DNA from: Styela clava
Lineage: Eukaryota
Direction of reading: 5' to 3'
NCBI RefSeq assembly: GCF_964204865.1
Contig: NC_135256.1
Location: 5,642,001-5,706,000 of the forward strand
Length of the DNA: 64,000 nt
In this document: in pieces, positions 51,527 through 64,000 of the stretch
Position numbering within the stretch: the first letter of the stretch is position 1
How the letters are laid out: each line of letters opens with the position of its first letter
Notes under the pieces: model-generated
Database searches by the model: none
The model's input: only the letters and a program-made list of their open reading frames with translations
What the model was told of the DNA's origin: nothing
Translations under genes and position numbers: made by a program

Positions 51527-53366
51527 TATTTAACTATTGCCAGCATCTTCTGCAACAAACATACATCAGAGTCAAAGTAACTTTAAAGTCTTGAAAAGAA
51601 ATGTAGCGTGAGTAAATGGAGTGAAGGCTGATTTATAAACCACCCAGGACGTGAACACACAGTATACCTAACAAAGAATCTAAAACATGATGAGGGCCTA
51701 GTGTGGCTGGACTACGTTTTCGCTAACATAAGAAAGAAAATTCATTGCATTGCATAAATCTTTCGCAGTTCCAATCATCGAATACGAAAGCAATTTTCGA
51801 ATTAATTATTACAAACTATTACAATTTTATTGCGTCAAGAAGCGGAAATTTAGCAGCCAATAGGCAGTGGTGAGATTCAAAATGTTAAGGACAGGTTCCC
51901 TCATTTCATAAAACCATGAACTTATAGGGAAAGATTAGTAATTTGAACGAACATTTTTAAATACATAGAAAAAGGCTGATTATTAGTATTGGAGAAATTC
52001 TCCTTCTCTGTAGTATTATCCAGTCTTGTAAATACAACCTTAACGTGTATACTGTTCAATAAACTAAAAAAGAATTGTCGTTTGTCCGCTATCATCTATT
52101 GTCTGCTGGGGGCGAGCGCCTACATAACTGAACATCGAAGTGAAGAATAATTCGTGCAAGTTAAAAGACAAGAGCCCGTGCTCCTTTAAAAGACCTACGA
52201 AAGATCTCGTACGCCGGCTCAATTTATATTTAGGACACCTATTCTAAAAACTAAAACAAGAAAGAGATCTCGGTTTATCACGACTTTCCAATAACCAGTT
52301 CGCGCGGATCCTTGAGTACCCCCTGAATCCCAACACTGCGTTTTATCTACTTCTGTCACTCTCAGTCAAAGGTTCAAGCGCACATACACACCTTTTAGAA
52401 AAACCCAAGCAATGCTTCAAGGGAAACATTCACAGCCGAATCGAGACTAAGGTAATTGTTTCAATAGAATATGTCAACATAATTTTGTTCAAAATACAAT
52501 TTCCCGTACAAGTGTGACGCCACGTATTTGTAACATTGAAATATTCCAAGAACGGATTCGCGCTAATCCCAACACTGCAACTCTGTTTGAGAGCAAAAGA
52601 CACAAAGTTACTCGGCGCTCCAGAAGTATGTATATCAATATGAAAGTAACCATTTTTTGTAACGGAACCGGCTAAAAATATGACATTTGTCTGATGAAAC
52701 CAGCTGACAAAAAAATTTGAATCCCACTATTGGGTATATTCACTTGGCCAACACAGACAGTCCCCGAACTCGTTATCGAACCAACATAAGGAAAATCGTG
52801 ATAAAATTATGGCCTAACCCTAACCTGGTACACATAGCACGGGAGTACCAGTTACTCAATATATAATCAAATAAAAAGGGTTTTCTGCTAATCTCACAAA
52901 CTTTTCATGATTGAAATTTTAATATAGAACTAGAGAAGTGGTTGCAAACCTTTTTTTAAATTGTCCCGTTATCACAAAAAAAAAATTTTTTTTTTATAAC
53001 CGTCTTTGAGTGCACTATCAATACTTTTTAACGAGTGCCGTATTTCCCGGCGATCAGCCTTTTTCCCATATTTAGTTGAGAGATCTGAACCTCGTTATAA
53101 ACAATTTTACACACATGTATAAAAAAAAATGCCGTACTCTCAAATAATTTTCAGTGTAATACATTGCCATAATTATTTTAACATATTGAACAATCATAAA
53201 TCTGGTAATCAAATGAAATAAAATAATTTGTTAAGAAATTCAAACAGTATCCAGTGTATTAAACACCCATATTTGTTATTCTTTAATTTTAACATAATAA
53301 GCAGTTTAAGATTATCATAAATCTAGCAATAAAAATAAAATAATTTATTAAGAATTTTAGACTGGA

Positions 53367-54786
53367 TTACAAGTTTGTATTTAACTTCAAGTCCACATTG
53401 AGTACATTCGTAAAACATAGAACTCTAATGATATTTGTGCCACATTGTTTCTTTGGTACGCACACTCTCTTATGTGTGTATAGTGATTTGCTATGCCCGT
53501 ACTCTTTCCCGCATGTTTTACATTTATAATTTTTTTCCTGATTGTGAATTGCAATAATGTGAGCTTTCAAGCAGTTGATATATCCAAATCTCTTCTCGCA
53601 AATATCACATTTATATTTCTTTTCACCTAGAACACAATAAAAATACAGCAAGGTAATTCATGTTTATGTGCCCGTATTATACAATATAAATCTTAGCAAT
53701 ACTTGTGGTATGTGAGGATTTAAAATGTTTTAAAGAAATATCTCCAATTTTTCAATTAAGATGGGAGCATGCTTCATGATACTCTCGAAGTATGTGAACC
53801 AAGATGGCGGACACCCTAACGTAGTAAGTGTACCAAGTTAGGTTTAAGACATAATTTTATTCCAATTTTCTTATATCAGTTGTTTTACGAGTTCGGGGAC
53901 TAGCCAAGTGACTTCCGTATTATTTGTATCTGAAAATTTTGCCTAAACTGGTACACATACTGTTCATTTACTTCGGGAGTATCTGATTTGTAAATATGAT
54001 AAATACAAAACTTGAAAATTTACCTGTGTGTGTTATCATGTGTGATTTTAGATGAGCAAGTTTCCGGAATGACTTATTGCATATTTTACATATGCACGGT
54101 CTTTCGTTGTTATGAACTCTCATGTGAAGTGTCAAAGACTGATTCCGTTTAAACGATTTCAAGCATACTTTGCATTGGAATGGTTTTTCATCCGAATGCA
54201 TTACCATATGGTTATCAACATGAATCTTTTTCCAAAATGCCTTTTCACATATTGGGCATTTATATGACTTCTCATTATCTGGCAAATGAATATTCGTATG
54301 ACTCGTCAAACCTGACTTTCTTCTAAATGATTTGCCGCAAATATCGCAGTGATGATTTTTTTCCTGAGTGTGAGTTTTTTTATGTTTAGTCAGGCCTGTT
54401 TGGAATCTGAATGATTTTCCACATTCAGTGCAATTGTATTTCTTCTCCTGTACAATATGAATCTTCAAATGCTTTTTCATAAATGCATTTTCGCTGAAAA
54501 TTCTATCACAAACGGGGCATCGATATTCCACTCCAAAGTGTGTCTTCGAATGGTCCTTGAGTCTACATTCAGTGCTGAAAGATTTACCGCAGACTTCACA
54601 AATATAAGGTTTGTCATCATGTGTCAACATATGTTTATGCAATCTTATCTTAAAACGAAAATATTCTCCACAAAAACTACACTGTTTCCTTTTTTCATTT
54701 AGATGTTGTTCACCTTCACATTGTAACTTTGCCTGCTTAGAAGATAGCATTATTAAACTATTGCCAACAACTTCTGCAACAAACAT
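53367..54786 (-). CDS. C2H2 zinc-finger protein copy 3; exons 54786-54024 and 53626-53367, 340 aa
   Basis: Same structure as copy 1, with 4 amino-acid differences visible in the ORF track. Confidence 0.9.
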
Positions 54787-56903
54787 ACATTCAGAGTCAA
54801 AGCAACTTTAAAGTCTTGGAAAGAAATGTAGCCTGACTAATTGGGGTGAGGGCTGATTTATAAACTACCCAGGATGTGAACACACTGTATACCTAACGAA
54901 GAATCTAAAACATGATGAGGGCCTAGTGTGGCTGGACTACGTTTTCGCTAACATAAGAAAGAAAATTCATTGCATTGCATAAATCTTTCGCAGTTCCAAT
55001 CATCGAATACGAAAGCAATTTTCGAATTAATTATTACAAACTATTACAATTTTATTGCGTCAAGAAGCGGAAATTTAGCAGCCAATAGGCAGTGGTGAGA
55101 TTCAAAATGTTAAGGACAGGTTCCCTCATTTCATAAAACCATGAACTTATAGGGAAAGATTAGTAATTTGAACGAACATTTTTAAATACATAGAAAAAGG
55201 CTGATTATTAGTATTGGAGAAATTCTCCTTCTCTGTAGTATTATCCAGTCTTGTAAATACAACCTTAACGTGTATACTGTTCAATAAACCAAAAAAGAAT
55301 TGTCGTTTGTCCGCTATCATCTATTGTCTGCTGGGGGCGAGCGCCTACATAACTGAACATCGAAGTGAAGAATAATTTGTGCAAGTTAAAAGACAAGAGC
55401 CCGTGCTCCTTTAAAAGACCTACGAAAGATCTCGTACGCCGGCTCAATTTATATTTAGGACACCTATTCTGAAAACTAAAACAAGAAAGAGATCTCGGTT
55501 TATCACGACTTTCCAATAACCAGTTCGCGCGGATCCTTGAGTACCCCCTGAATCCCAACACTGCGTTTTATCTACTTCTGTCACTCTCAGTCAAAGGTTC
55601 AAGCGCACATACATACTTTTTAGAAAAACCCAAGCAATGCTTTAAGGGAAACATTCACAGCCGAACCGAGACTAAGGTAATTGTTTCAATAGGAAATGTC
55701 AACATAATTTCGTGCAAAATACGATTTCCCGTACAAGTGACGCCACGTATTTGTAACATTGAAATAAAATTATAAACCACCAAGAGTATCAGTTGCAATA
55801 GGGGAAATATTCCTCAAAGATTGCAATTAATTAATCGATTGTTTGATCTGCTTATTAACCAATCGTTTTGAAGAGCGCGATTATCAAGACAAACTTCCAC
55901 TGAAAAATTTTATACTTAATATATCCCATTTTCATTTTATGATTATCTCCACACGTTTTGTCATATTGCCCTTGTCCTAGTTATTATTATATTAGCTCAC
56001 TGGTTCTCAACCAGTGGGCCATGGCTCACTGCTGGGCCATAGAGACATTTTCAAGTGGGCCACAAGTCCATTAAAAATTACTATGGTTATTGAAAAGTTT
56101 AGTTTTATTTGTGTCATTATACTCAAATTTTTATTGTAGTAGCAATGAATGATGAAGTTGCTTTCATTTCAATCATCAAAGTGAAAGTATCTATTTTTTT
56201 GCAAAAGGAGTCTCGTTTTTCTTGTAGTTTTTCTCTTGCATGAGAAAGTTAGTTGGCCACAAAATATTTTATTGAGAGAGAGGGATAGGGAGACGAATTA
56301 GTATACTTAGCCGACGTATGTCGCGAAACTAGAAGAGATGACATTGATGACCGCATGATTGTATCGCTTCCTCCAGTCTCTAACGAAAAAACATTTTTCT
56401 AGTAGATTCATATATATATATTTTAGTAATTATGGAATATTTAGTCTGGCTGACAAATAATATACCTCTTTCTCTCTCTATGATTTTTATTCCGAAAATA
56501 CATTATCACCCAAAGATGTCCAGAGTTAAAATTTTGACTCCATCCAGTACCGTCATATTCGCCGATTTCAGTGGCATTTTCAAGTAAATTGTTTGGAGGC
56601 CCTTTTCCAATCATTTGAGTTTGTCGTTTACCTTCTTTAAATTACTGTTATATGTGTGTTCAAGGCTGCAGGTTTCTGCTAAATATATATTTATTGGTGG
56701 GTACCCGTACTGATATTACTGTGATAAGATATGAAGCTAGATCTGTAGATCACTAGAATTTTATGTAGCGGCCTTGTGAATTGTGATGGTGACAAGTCCA
56801 AATCTATCACTGTATCAGTATTTCAGATTTTGGTGCATTATTGCTGTATTGAATAGTTGGTATCCGTATCTATCAGTGTGCTGTACTGAAACTTGGTCTA
56901 ATG

Positions 56904-57221
56904 GAGGGCTACTCAACTATTTTCACCAAAGGTCCGTTTAAAAAACTTCAAAATTACTGGGGTCCAGACATTACAGAAAATTTATTTCTTTGAATAAACG
57001 AGACTTCAAATGCAATATTAAATTAAATACAAGAGCAATGAATGGCTCACAAATATGGACACAAATGTTGCACATCGGTAGCTGCGTATTTAAATCGTAT
57101 CAAAGTCATCTAAAACTTTATAACGTTACTTATATTGCCAAAATATATAAGCAGACGCGGTCCAAATTAAATGGTCGAAAGGTCCGGATTTAGACCGCGG
57201 TCCGCTAGTTGAGTAGCCCTG
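56904..57221. mobile_element. hAT-like MITE
   Basis: TIR (g)AGGGCTACTCAACTA/TAGTTGAGTAGCCCTG; perfect 8-bp TSD GTCTAATG. Confidence 0.82.
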
Positions 57222-57749
57222 GTCTAATGTATACACAGAGCTCAGTCATTTTGAAGTGAAGATAGATTTTTTTTTACTCAATTCTGATTAAACCAGTAAA
57301 CTGCACTATGTACGGTATGAATGTAGACTATGTTTATTCGTCTCGTAAAAGCAATATAACTATATAAAAATAATTTAGTCACTAGTCTGCTAGTTGTACC
57401 CAATTCGAACAACAGCCTTGTAATATGCAAAAAATGATTTCCCACTATCATAAATTTTTTTCATTTTTTTGTATAACTTTCCTCATAATTTATATCTTTG
57501 AATAACAACAATGCATCACAAGGTGTCACAGCTTGATGACTCCATTCAATTTAAATTTTATTTTTTTTATAAATGAATGTTCATTTTCAATTTGATTTAC
57601 ACATGGTTGATGAAATGAATAAACATCACTACTGTCTACTAGTTGGATGCAGCATGCAGGTGTGCGAAGTCATAGTCCTTTGGTCTTGTTCAAAATAAAT
57701 GCCCTTTTGTCCACTTGTTAGTGAACGCATGTAACATTACCTATTTGCA

Positions 57750-57913
57750 TTAGGATAGGATTTAAATATTGGGAGAGGAAAGTGAGTCCAGAAATGCCCT
57801 TGCGCATAATTATCCACGCATGGGATTCAAACTTGGGAACCCATGCAAGGTTATCAGAGGTGTGTGGCAGGCGTATTCCTAACGCTTAGCACGATGCGCC
57901 ACTCCGCAGAGCC
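57750..57913 (-). mobile_element. tRNA-derived SINE, internally deleted copy
   Basis: Head (GCGTATTCCTAACGCTTAGC) and tail (TAGGATAGGATTT) of the SINE family are joined, with the core missing. Confidence 0.7.
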
Positions 57914-59706
57914 AAACTTATTGCATTATGATGAGATAATTTATTCCATAATTTTGCATTCAATTCAGGTTATTAATCAAACAATTATTATTTTACCAAA
58001 ACCTCAAACATGATTGACTTTGGCTACTGGAAAGCACTAGCAAGTGCACAATACCATCGAATGAAAGATGGTTACAAGGAAATGTTTTATTTCACTTTGG
58101 ACGACGACCAATTGAAAAGGGATGCAAAGTATGAAATTTTGATAATACGTTTACTTTTTATGAAAATTTACTCAAAGTCATGGTAGACACACTCGCTCAA
58201 AAATAAGGAAATATCATGTTTGAGTTAAGCCATTGTGACCACTGGCATGAGAAAAGCGGGTAAAACCGAACAAAATTATTTTGGTGTTTAGTCTGGTATA
58301 CTTCAATACTCTTCCTATCATTGCCAGGAATTGTTGAAGCCTAATTTGTCCAAATATGCAAGTACAAGTTTTGTTTCTTTTTTCTGTGAAGCCTTAAAAT
58401 TTGTGTGGTGAAGGATGGGTTGCAATCAGCTTTTCTTCACTGACAGACTGCTGGAAATTTAAATCTCGCGATCACGTATAAATTGCAGTTCTCTTATGGT
58501 TATATTGGCGGTTTAGGAAAAATGATTCTTTATATTCATGTAATGAGTGGGTGTTTCTACTTTGTTTGCTCTATGGATATAGGCAGTAACATCAACATTC
58601 TTGTTTTTATTTTCAAATGCAATATTGCGGCATTTGCAGTGAAACACAAATTCTTACACCTTTTCCAATACCATTCGCTCTATTCTTGAACGATTTACTG
58701 AAAACCGGACGTTTTCTGTCTGGATTAATTCCTTTTGCGCATATCAGTTTGGTTGTGAACTTGTGAATTTCACTTACCATTTGCCTCATTCTTATATTTA
58801 TCTTAATCAACAATTCCTATTAATGTGAGCCACCTGTTTATATCGGTTTCGCAATAGCCCTACGTAGAGCGGTAATCGCCCAATATTGTGAGCTTCCATC
58901 CTGGCCAGGATTCAGTATTGTTCTTCGAATGCATGGACTAATCATGTGAAAGATAGAAATACATTTATCTTGGGTGGCAACTGTCTCCGATGAACCCCAA
59001 ATGTCGTATAGTTTCCTCCCAGCCATGTACTGAAAGCACTTTTTTTTATATGTATGCATATAATATTATTTTCTTAGTTTGACAAAATGAAATAAACTCT
59101 CTCAATCCAAACCCACTACCGGTAAGTGAAATCGAACTGCCACCTTGCGTTATCACATTTTCCATATGCTAAGCATGATCCACAATTGCAGTGCCATATA
59201 TAAACAAGGAGAAAAATTAGTTGAATTAGAAAATAAACAAATACAAAAATTTTCGAAAATGAGAGAATATGAGACCTTTTCTTGCTTTGGGTTCACCTTC
59301 AATGACTCCATTATTTATTCATGTATCAAAGCAAGCATTGTGCAGCTGCTTCAATATTAAATACAATCTAAAATTACCTTAGGCTACATTTCTCGCCATG
59401 AAATGACCGAATGCAAGCTGCTTCACAGTGCAATAAGCTGTATTGTACTTTGCATCATCCGAAGCGTTATTTAGAATGGTAATTTAATATTCACCCGGTG
59501 ACAGGTGAAAGTCGCTAGTATGTCTTGATCATCTGAAAGACCTCGACCATGGAGATAGGTAACCAAGCTGTGATGCCTCGAGGCCAGCAATTATCTTTCA
59601 CATTATTATTACAACTCACCGGTATTAAACCTGCTATATCAGTTCTTGGTAATTACTGTGGTACCATCCCAAACCAAAATAATGAAATGTATTAGGGCCT
59701 AGGGGT

Positions 59707-59917
59707 CGCTCTTTGACTTGCGTATCAAACTCCATAATTTCTTGTGTCACAAGCTCTTGGGTTGAAGAGATTCAGCTGGGCATATCTTTGCTTTCCAATT
59801 GCTGAAATCTGGACGCTCTTTGACTTGCGTATCAAACTCCATAATTTCTTGTGTCACAAGCTCTTGGGTTGAAGAGATTCAGCTGGGCATATCTTTGCTT
59901 TCCAATTGCTGAAATCT
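59707..59917. repeat. Perfect 104-bp tandem duplication with a 3-bp spacer
   Basis: CGCTCTTTGACTTGCGTATC...TTGCTGAAATCT occurs at 59707-59810 and 59814-59917. Confidence 0.92.
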
Positions 59918-62900
59918 CTATAATCTACAATTACATATTTTCAAAACAGTTTTAATGATTTTATGTTTAGACTTCCACCAAGGCCTCGGAAATGTTTTGA
60001 ATGCGAAGCGATAGCATGTGGGTTTTTCTACAGTGTATCGGTTTACTTATATTACTTGGCAAGAATGGGGAGAATCAACTTTCCATCTGGAATGGTAATG
60101 GTCAGTAGTAAGTATCAAAAATTTTGGCTATTTATTGGTTATTATTTACTCTCTAGTAAAGCATAAAATGAATGTAAACTTCACCACAAAATTAAATTAG
60201 GCATTACTGGTATCTGCACATAGTCACTAACTCATGGCTGGTAAATCCACAACCTATGCTGAGTTAAAAAAAAAGTTTCAAAACTCCAGTCGTTTATTTT
60301 TTCCAACCAGTAAAAACACATACAATATTTAAAAAAAAGAGATAATTTTATTGGGATAGGGAAGTCGCGGGGAACCAGAGCTGGTTGTCGAGCAGCGACA
60401 CCCAAGTTTCTGATATGTAATTGAAAAGATTGGGAATTTTATTTAAGGAAATGCCGTACTATATAACTGAAATATATTAGTATAGATTGTATTCATGAGC
60501 CAGCAGACCGCAGAGAATACTATTTGGTAATAAAACTTACATGTTTTATATCTATAGCTAAGTGGCCGCACCCAAAACCTAGGTAAGGTTTAAAATAATG
60601 CTTGGGTGTAATTTTCCAAACATGGGATGATAGGCTGGGGCTATACTTACAAAATGTATCCACATGTTTGAAGACTGTTTCGCTTTATATACTGAATAAT
60701 TTATAGCTAATGAAAAGCTAGAAGACAGAAATTTCTTCAAGGATGTAAAACATGTGGCTGTTTGTAATTCTTTTTCAATGTGATCAGCTTCTCTCACTCC
60801 ATTTATTCATGAACTTCTTGCAGCATAGTTTATTCTGAAATACCGTAAGGTCGGTGTGAGCAGAACATTTGAAAAATTTTTGAGTTTTGAGTAATAGCAG
60901 GCAGGAGTTAATTTTCCTTTGATGGGATTCAGTACCTGGAGGTATTAATCATTTCATGGTTCAACAAAAAACCTAATACAGCATCATGGCCTGGCATGAG
61001 CCAACCTATCTTAGATTCAAACTAGTATTGAGCAGTGAATCCAAGGCCCTCCACCGAAAAATCCTGGAAATTCATGCATCATTCCAAAATAATATTTAAC
61101 ACTTAAACGGCAGGCATGGCAGATCTTGATAAAAGATGTCAAATAACTCCATGACATGAATCTCTTTATTTCCAAGACATTGTCCAGATGCTCCTTTTAT
61201 AGAGAGAAAAGATGTAATAGTGTAAACAAAGCACGACAAGCCCTTTAGTCATTCAAAAAGCAGATAACAGTTGCTGCTTATTTTCAGTCAAAACGTGCTA
61301 GCATGATATCTGTAAAGAGTATGCCACTCACCTAATTTGGTGGTGTGTATCGAAAGCAGAAATCGAACAGAAAGGTCCCAAGCTTTAGGCAACATTCTTT
61401 TCAAATTAGTTGACCTTAATCACCACAAGATGGACGCCCACCCCAGTGCTAGCATGATTCACAAAAATTCCAAAGGAGCTGCTATTGTGTATTTATCACA
61501 AAATTGGTTAAATAGAGAAATATCAAAGGCTAATATATACCCAACTAACCGGTTTCCTCCTTATGTCTGTCTGGCCTATCTTTGCCAGACATTTCAGTTA
61601 TCGGATCATATCTGTCCTGCAGATATTTCATAACCAGTTACAGCTGGTTTAGGCCAGATCTGTCTGGTTCATAACTTGAAGATGGACCACACAAGAAGTT
61701 TTATTTAATATTTATGAAAAATTTATATTGTTATGTACTAACATATCCATGAATTGGATTATTCCATTAAAATTTTGGCCAAGTTGTATTTAGAAGGGGA
61801 TAAGTTTGCCTGAAATCGTCTAGGTTGTAGGAACCACCTAGAGAAAATCTATAAATTAATTCATTTTAGCTATTGCATGATTGCCACCAGGTAAACTCAT
61901 GTTGATAATAAATGAAGCACAACCTGTGTTAGCAGGGCTCATGCCCTGATGAAGTTTTTCTGTATAAAAATTCCAAACGTTGGCAAATTACATCGGTTGG
62001 TTTGCTAACACCGGTTGTGCTTCATTTTAGCTATGTCTCAGTGGGCCATGAACCATCTTTTGGTTGAGATTTCAGGTTGTTTTGTCCTTAACAAAAATGC
62101 AACTTCACAAAACCAAATGCAACTTCACAAAACCTTCATTAGATACTTGCTATGTATTAAAAAGCTAACCCAACCAGTTTTATTTATTCTGTCTATATTG
62201 TTATGCATCAAAATATTTTTTAAGGAACTGGTTAGTACAAATGAGGTATTTATCCGATAGTTTTTTTAAACAACCTCCTCTGACATATAGTCGAGTCAAC
62301 ATATCAGCGATTTACATGATGAAATACCTGGGCAGTCCATGATCACTTTTGTTACTATGCAACTATGTGGATATGTTTAAAGTTGCATAGTACGAAAATG
62401 ACACGAAACACCTGGATTAGTGATCACTTTTAAAAAATGACTCATGCATTTTAATTTAAATTAATCCAACACATTGCCACATCTCTCTGCAAGTGATAAA
62501 TCACTACTAAACTATTTTAATAATCAAACAGAGTAAAATGATGACTACCAAAAAAAAGCCATTACTGAATTACCAGACTATATTAACACGCAGCAAGAGT
62601 ACTGACCTATAGCTGTGTTTCGTAGCAAGCAGCCGTAGCAGCACAACTATGTTACAGCGTGACGTCCTTCCCCTATTACATTCAAGAGTGGTCTCACAGG
62701 AAATGCCCTATATGTAATTGAATGCTTTTAGGGACTGCTACACAACCAGTACGTAATTTACAAATTATAATCATATAAAACCTTGCTTGATTAGACTATA
62801 ACTTACCTCTTTATACTTTATCAAGTATGCTGTATAGAAGAACACTTCTGGGTGTGCCAGACGCAGAACTCTGCAAGTTAATTGAAAGCAGTAACATTAA

Positions 62901-64000
62901 ATATCACAGTTAAACGCCAAACTAGAACCAAAATGAATATGAGCTTACCGTACATTGCATTGTACAGCTCTCAACAAGTAGCACTACCCTCCCATGGGAG
63001 AATGCTTTTTAATTTGGTTTCGATATTTCGTTGCCATAGTGAAACTTTCGTAAAAAGTACAATTTGAAACAACACAATGTATGAGTGGTAAAAAGAGGCA
63101 TACACTTAAAAACTTTGGAGGGTTGTTGGCCACGGTTCGAGAAGCACAGACAAAAAAATCATAGTGATTATACCAACACAGACGCAGCGGTAAAAATTAT
63201 AACGCTAACCGAAACAGTGAAAGCCGGCAATTATTTTCTTTGTGTTATTGTTACTCTCAACGGACACAGCTTGGCTTCAAGTGCTGTCCATTTGTGTCAA
63301 GAACCTTTTCAGAAAAAAATAAAAATACTCATTGCGCAACTATTTCAACCAATCAGATTATAGCAAAATAATTTAAAATATCAGACAATGTAACAGTTGA
63401 TTCTTGTCTTTGACATAGTTTGGTATTTTAGATTACATTAGGACGTAATTTTATCTGTATATGATACAAGTTGTAAAGGAATATTTCGGTAGATTTTCTG
63501 TCATATATTATGCATTATCACTTTAACGAACAATTTCCTTCACACACAGTATTTTAAATTAACTTGGGCGTAGAGATTTTTTTGAAAAATATTCGTTAAA
63601 TTTGATCTTGCTCGCCTTATTTTGGATATTTACATTTAAAAACTTTTTATTCATTTCATTATTTACCTTCCCTCCACTGCTCTAGGAAGTCTACTACATT
63701 TGCCAAAGAATTTTTTGAATAGAAATATATATAAACCAGACGCGACCAATGACATTATCAGCGGGTACATTCACTTCAGTTTTAATGAATCACAGGATAT
63801 TCATGTTGTTTTAATAAGTACTTTGGGTGACAAATAAGGGTTGATGATTTCATGCTTATTCAATTTTTTATTCCTTTCTCCTATATTGAATAAACAATTT
63901 ATAATTCATAATGTTGGAAATGTATGTCATTATAATTACATACCTCTGATGGATTTTCAATTCTAAAGTCTGATTAAGCGCTGAGAGTTGAGAGTCCTAC

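Larger units (their letters stand above)
46565..55766. repeat. Tandem segmental triplication, period ~3.24 kb (near-identical blocks start at 46565, 49804 and 53053)
   Basis: Long stretches are letter-for-letter identical across the three units, including the intron, the intronic MITE and upstream DNA. Identity ends at 55766. Confidence 0.95.

Overview
AT-rich, intron-containing animal genomic DNA; gene content and repeat style suggest an ascidian/tunicate (inference). Genes were assembled by hand from GT-AG junctions with phase checks. (1) The first two coding exons of a minus-strand type II membrane protein that runs off the left edge. (2) A 17-exon, 770-aa plus-strand gene (2988-18697): cytoplasmic tail, TM helix, antistasin-like Cys module, astacin prodomain and astacin domain, 3 TSP1 repeats and 3 FG-GAP/VCBS-like repeats. 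Its astacin domain looks catalytically dead: HExxH reads HMLMH and the SxMHY Met-turn reads SVTMF. (3) RUVBL1/pontin, 10 exons, 456 aa. (4) GABARAP (ATG8 family), 4 coding exons, 117 aa, convergent with RUVBL1. (5) A recent tandem triplication (~3.24-kb period) of a 2-exon, 10-finger C2H2 zinc-finger gene. Introns and intergenic DNA are dense with non-autonomous elements, several nested: a tRNA-derived SINE, a Merlin-like GG..CC MITE family with 8-bp TSDs, hAT MITEs and Tc1/pogo-like MITEs. The best candidate for a new system is the membrane-anchored pseudo-astacin/antistasin/TSP1/FG-GAP protein. The 56-64 kb region contains no gene I can identify. Most short ORFs in the supplied track are spurious or are exon fragments with intronic extensions.
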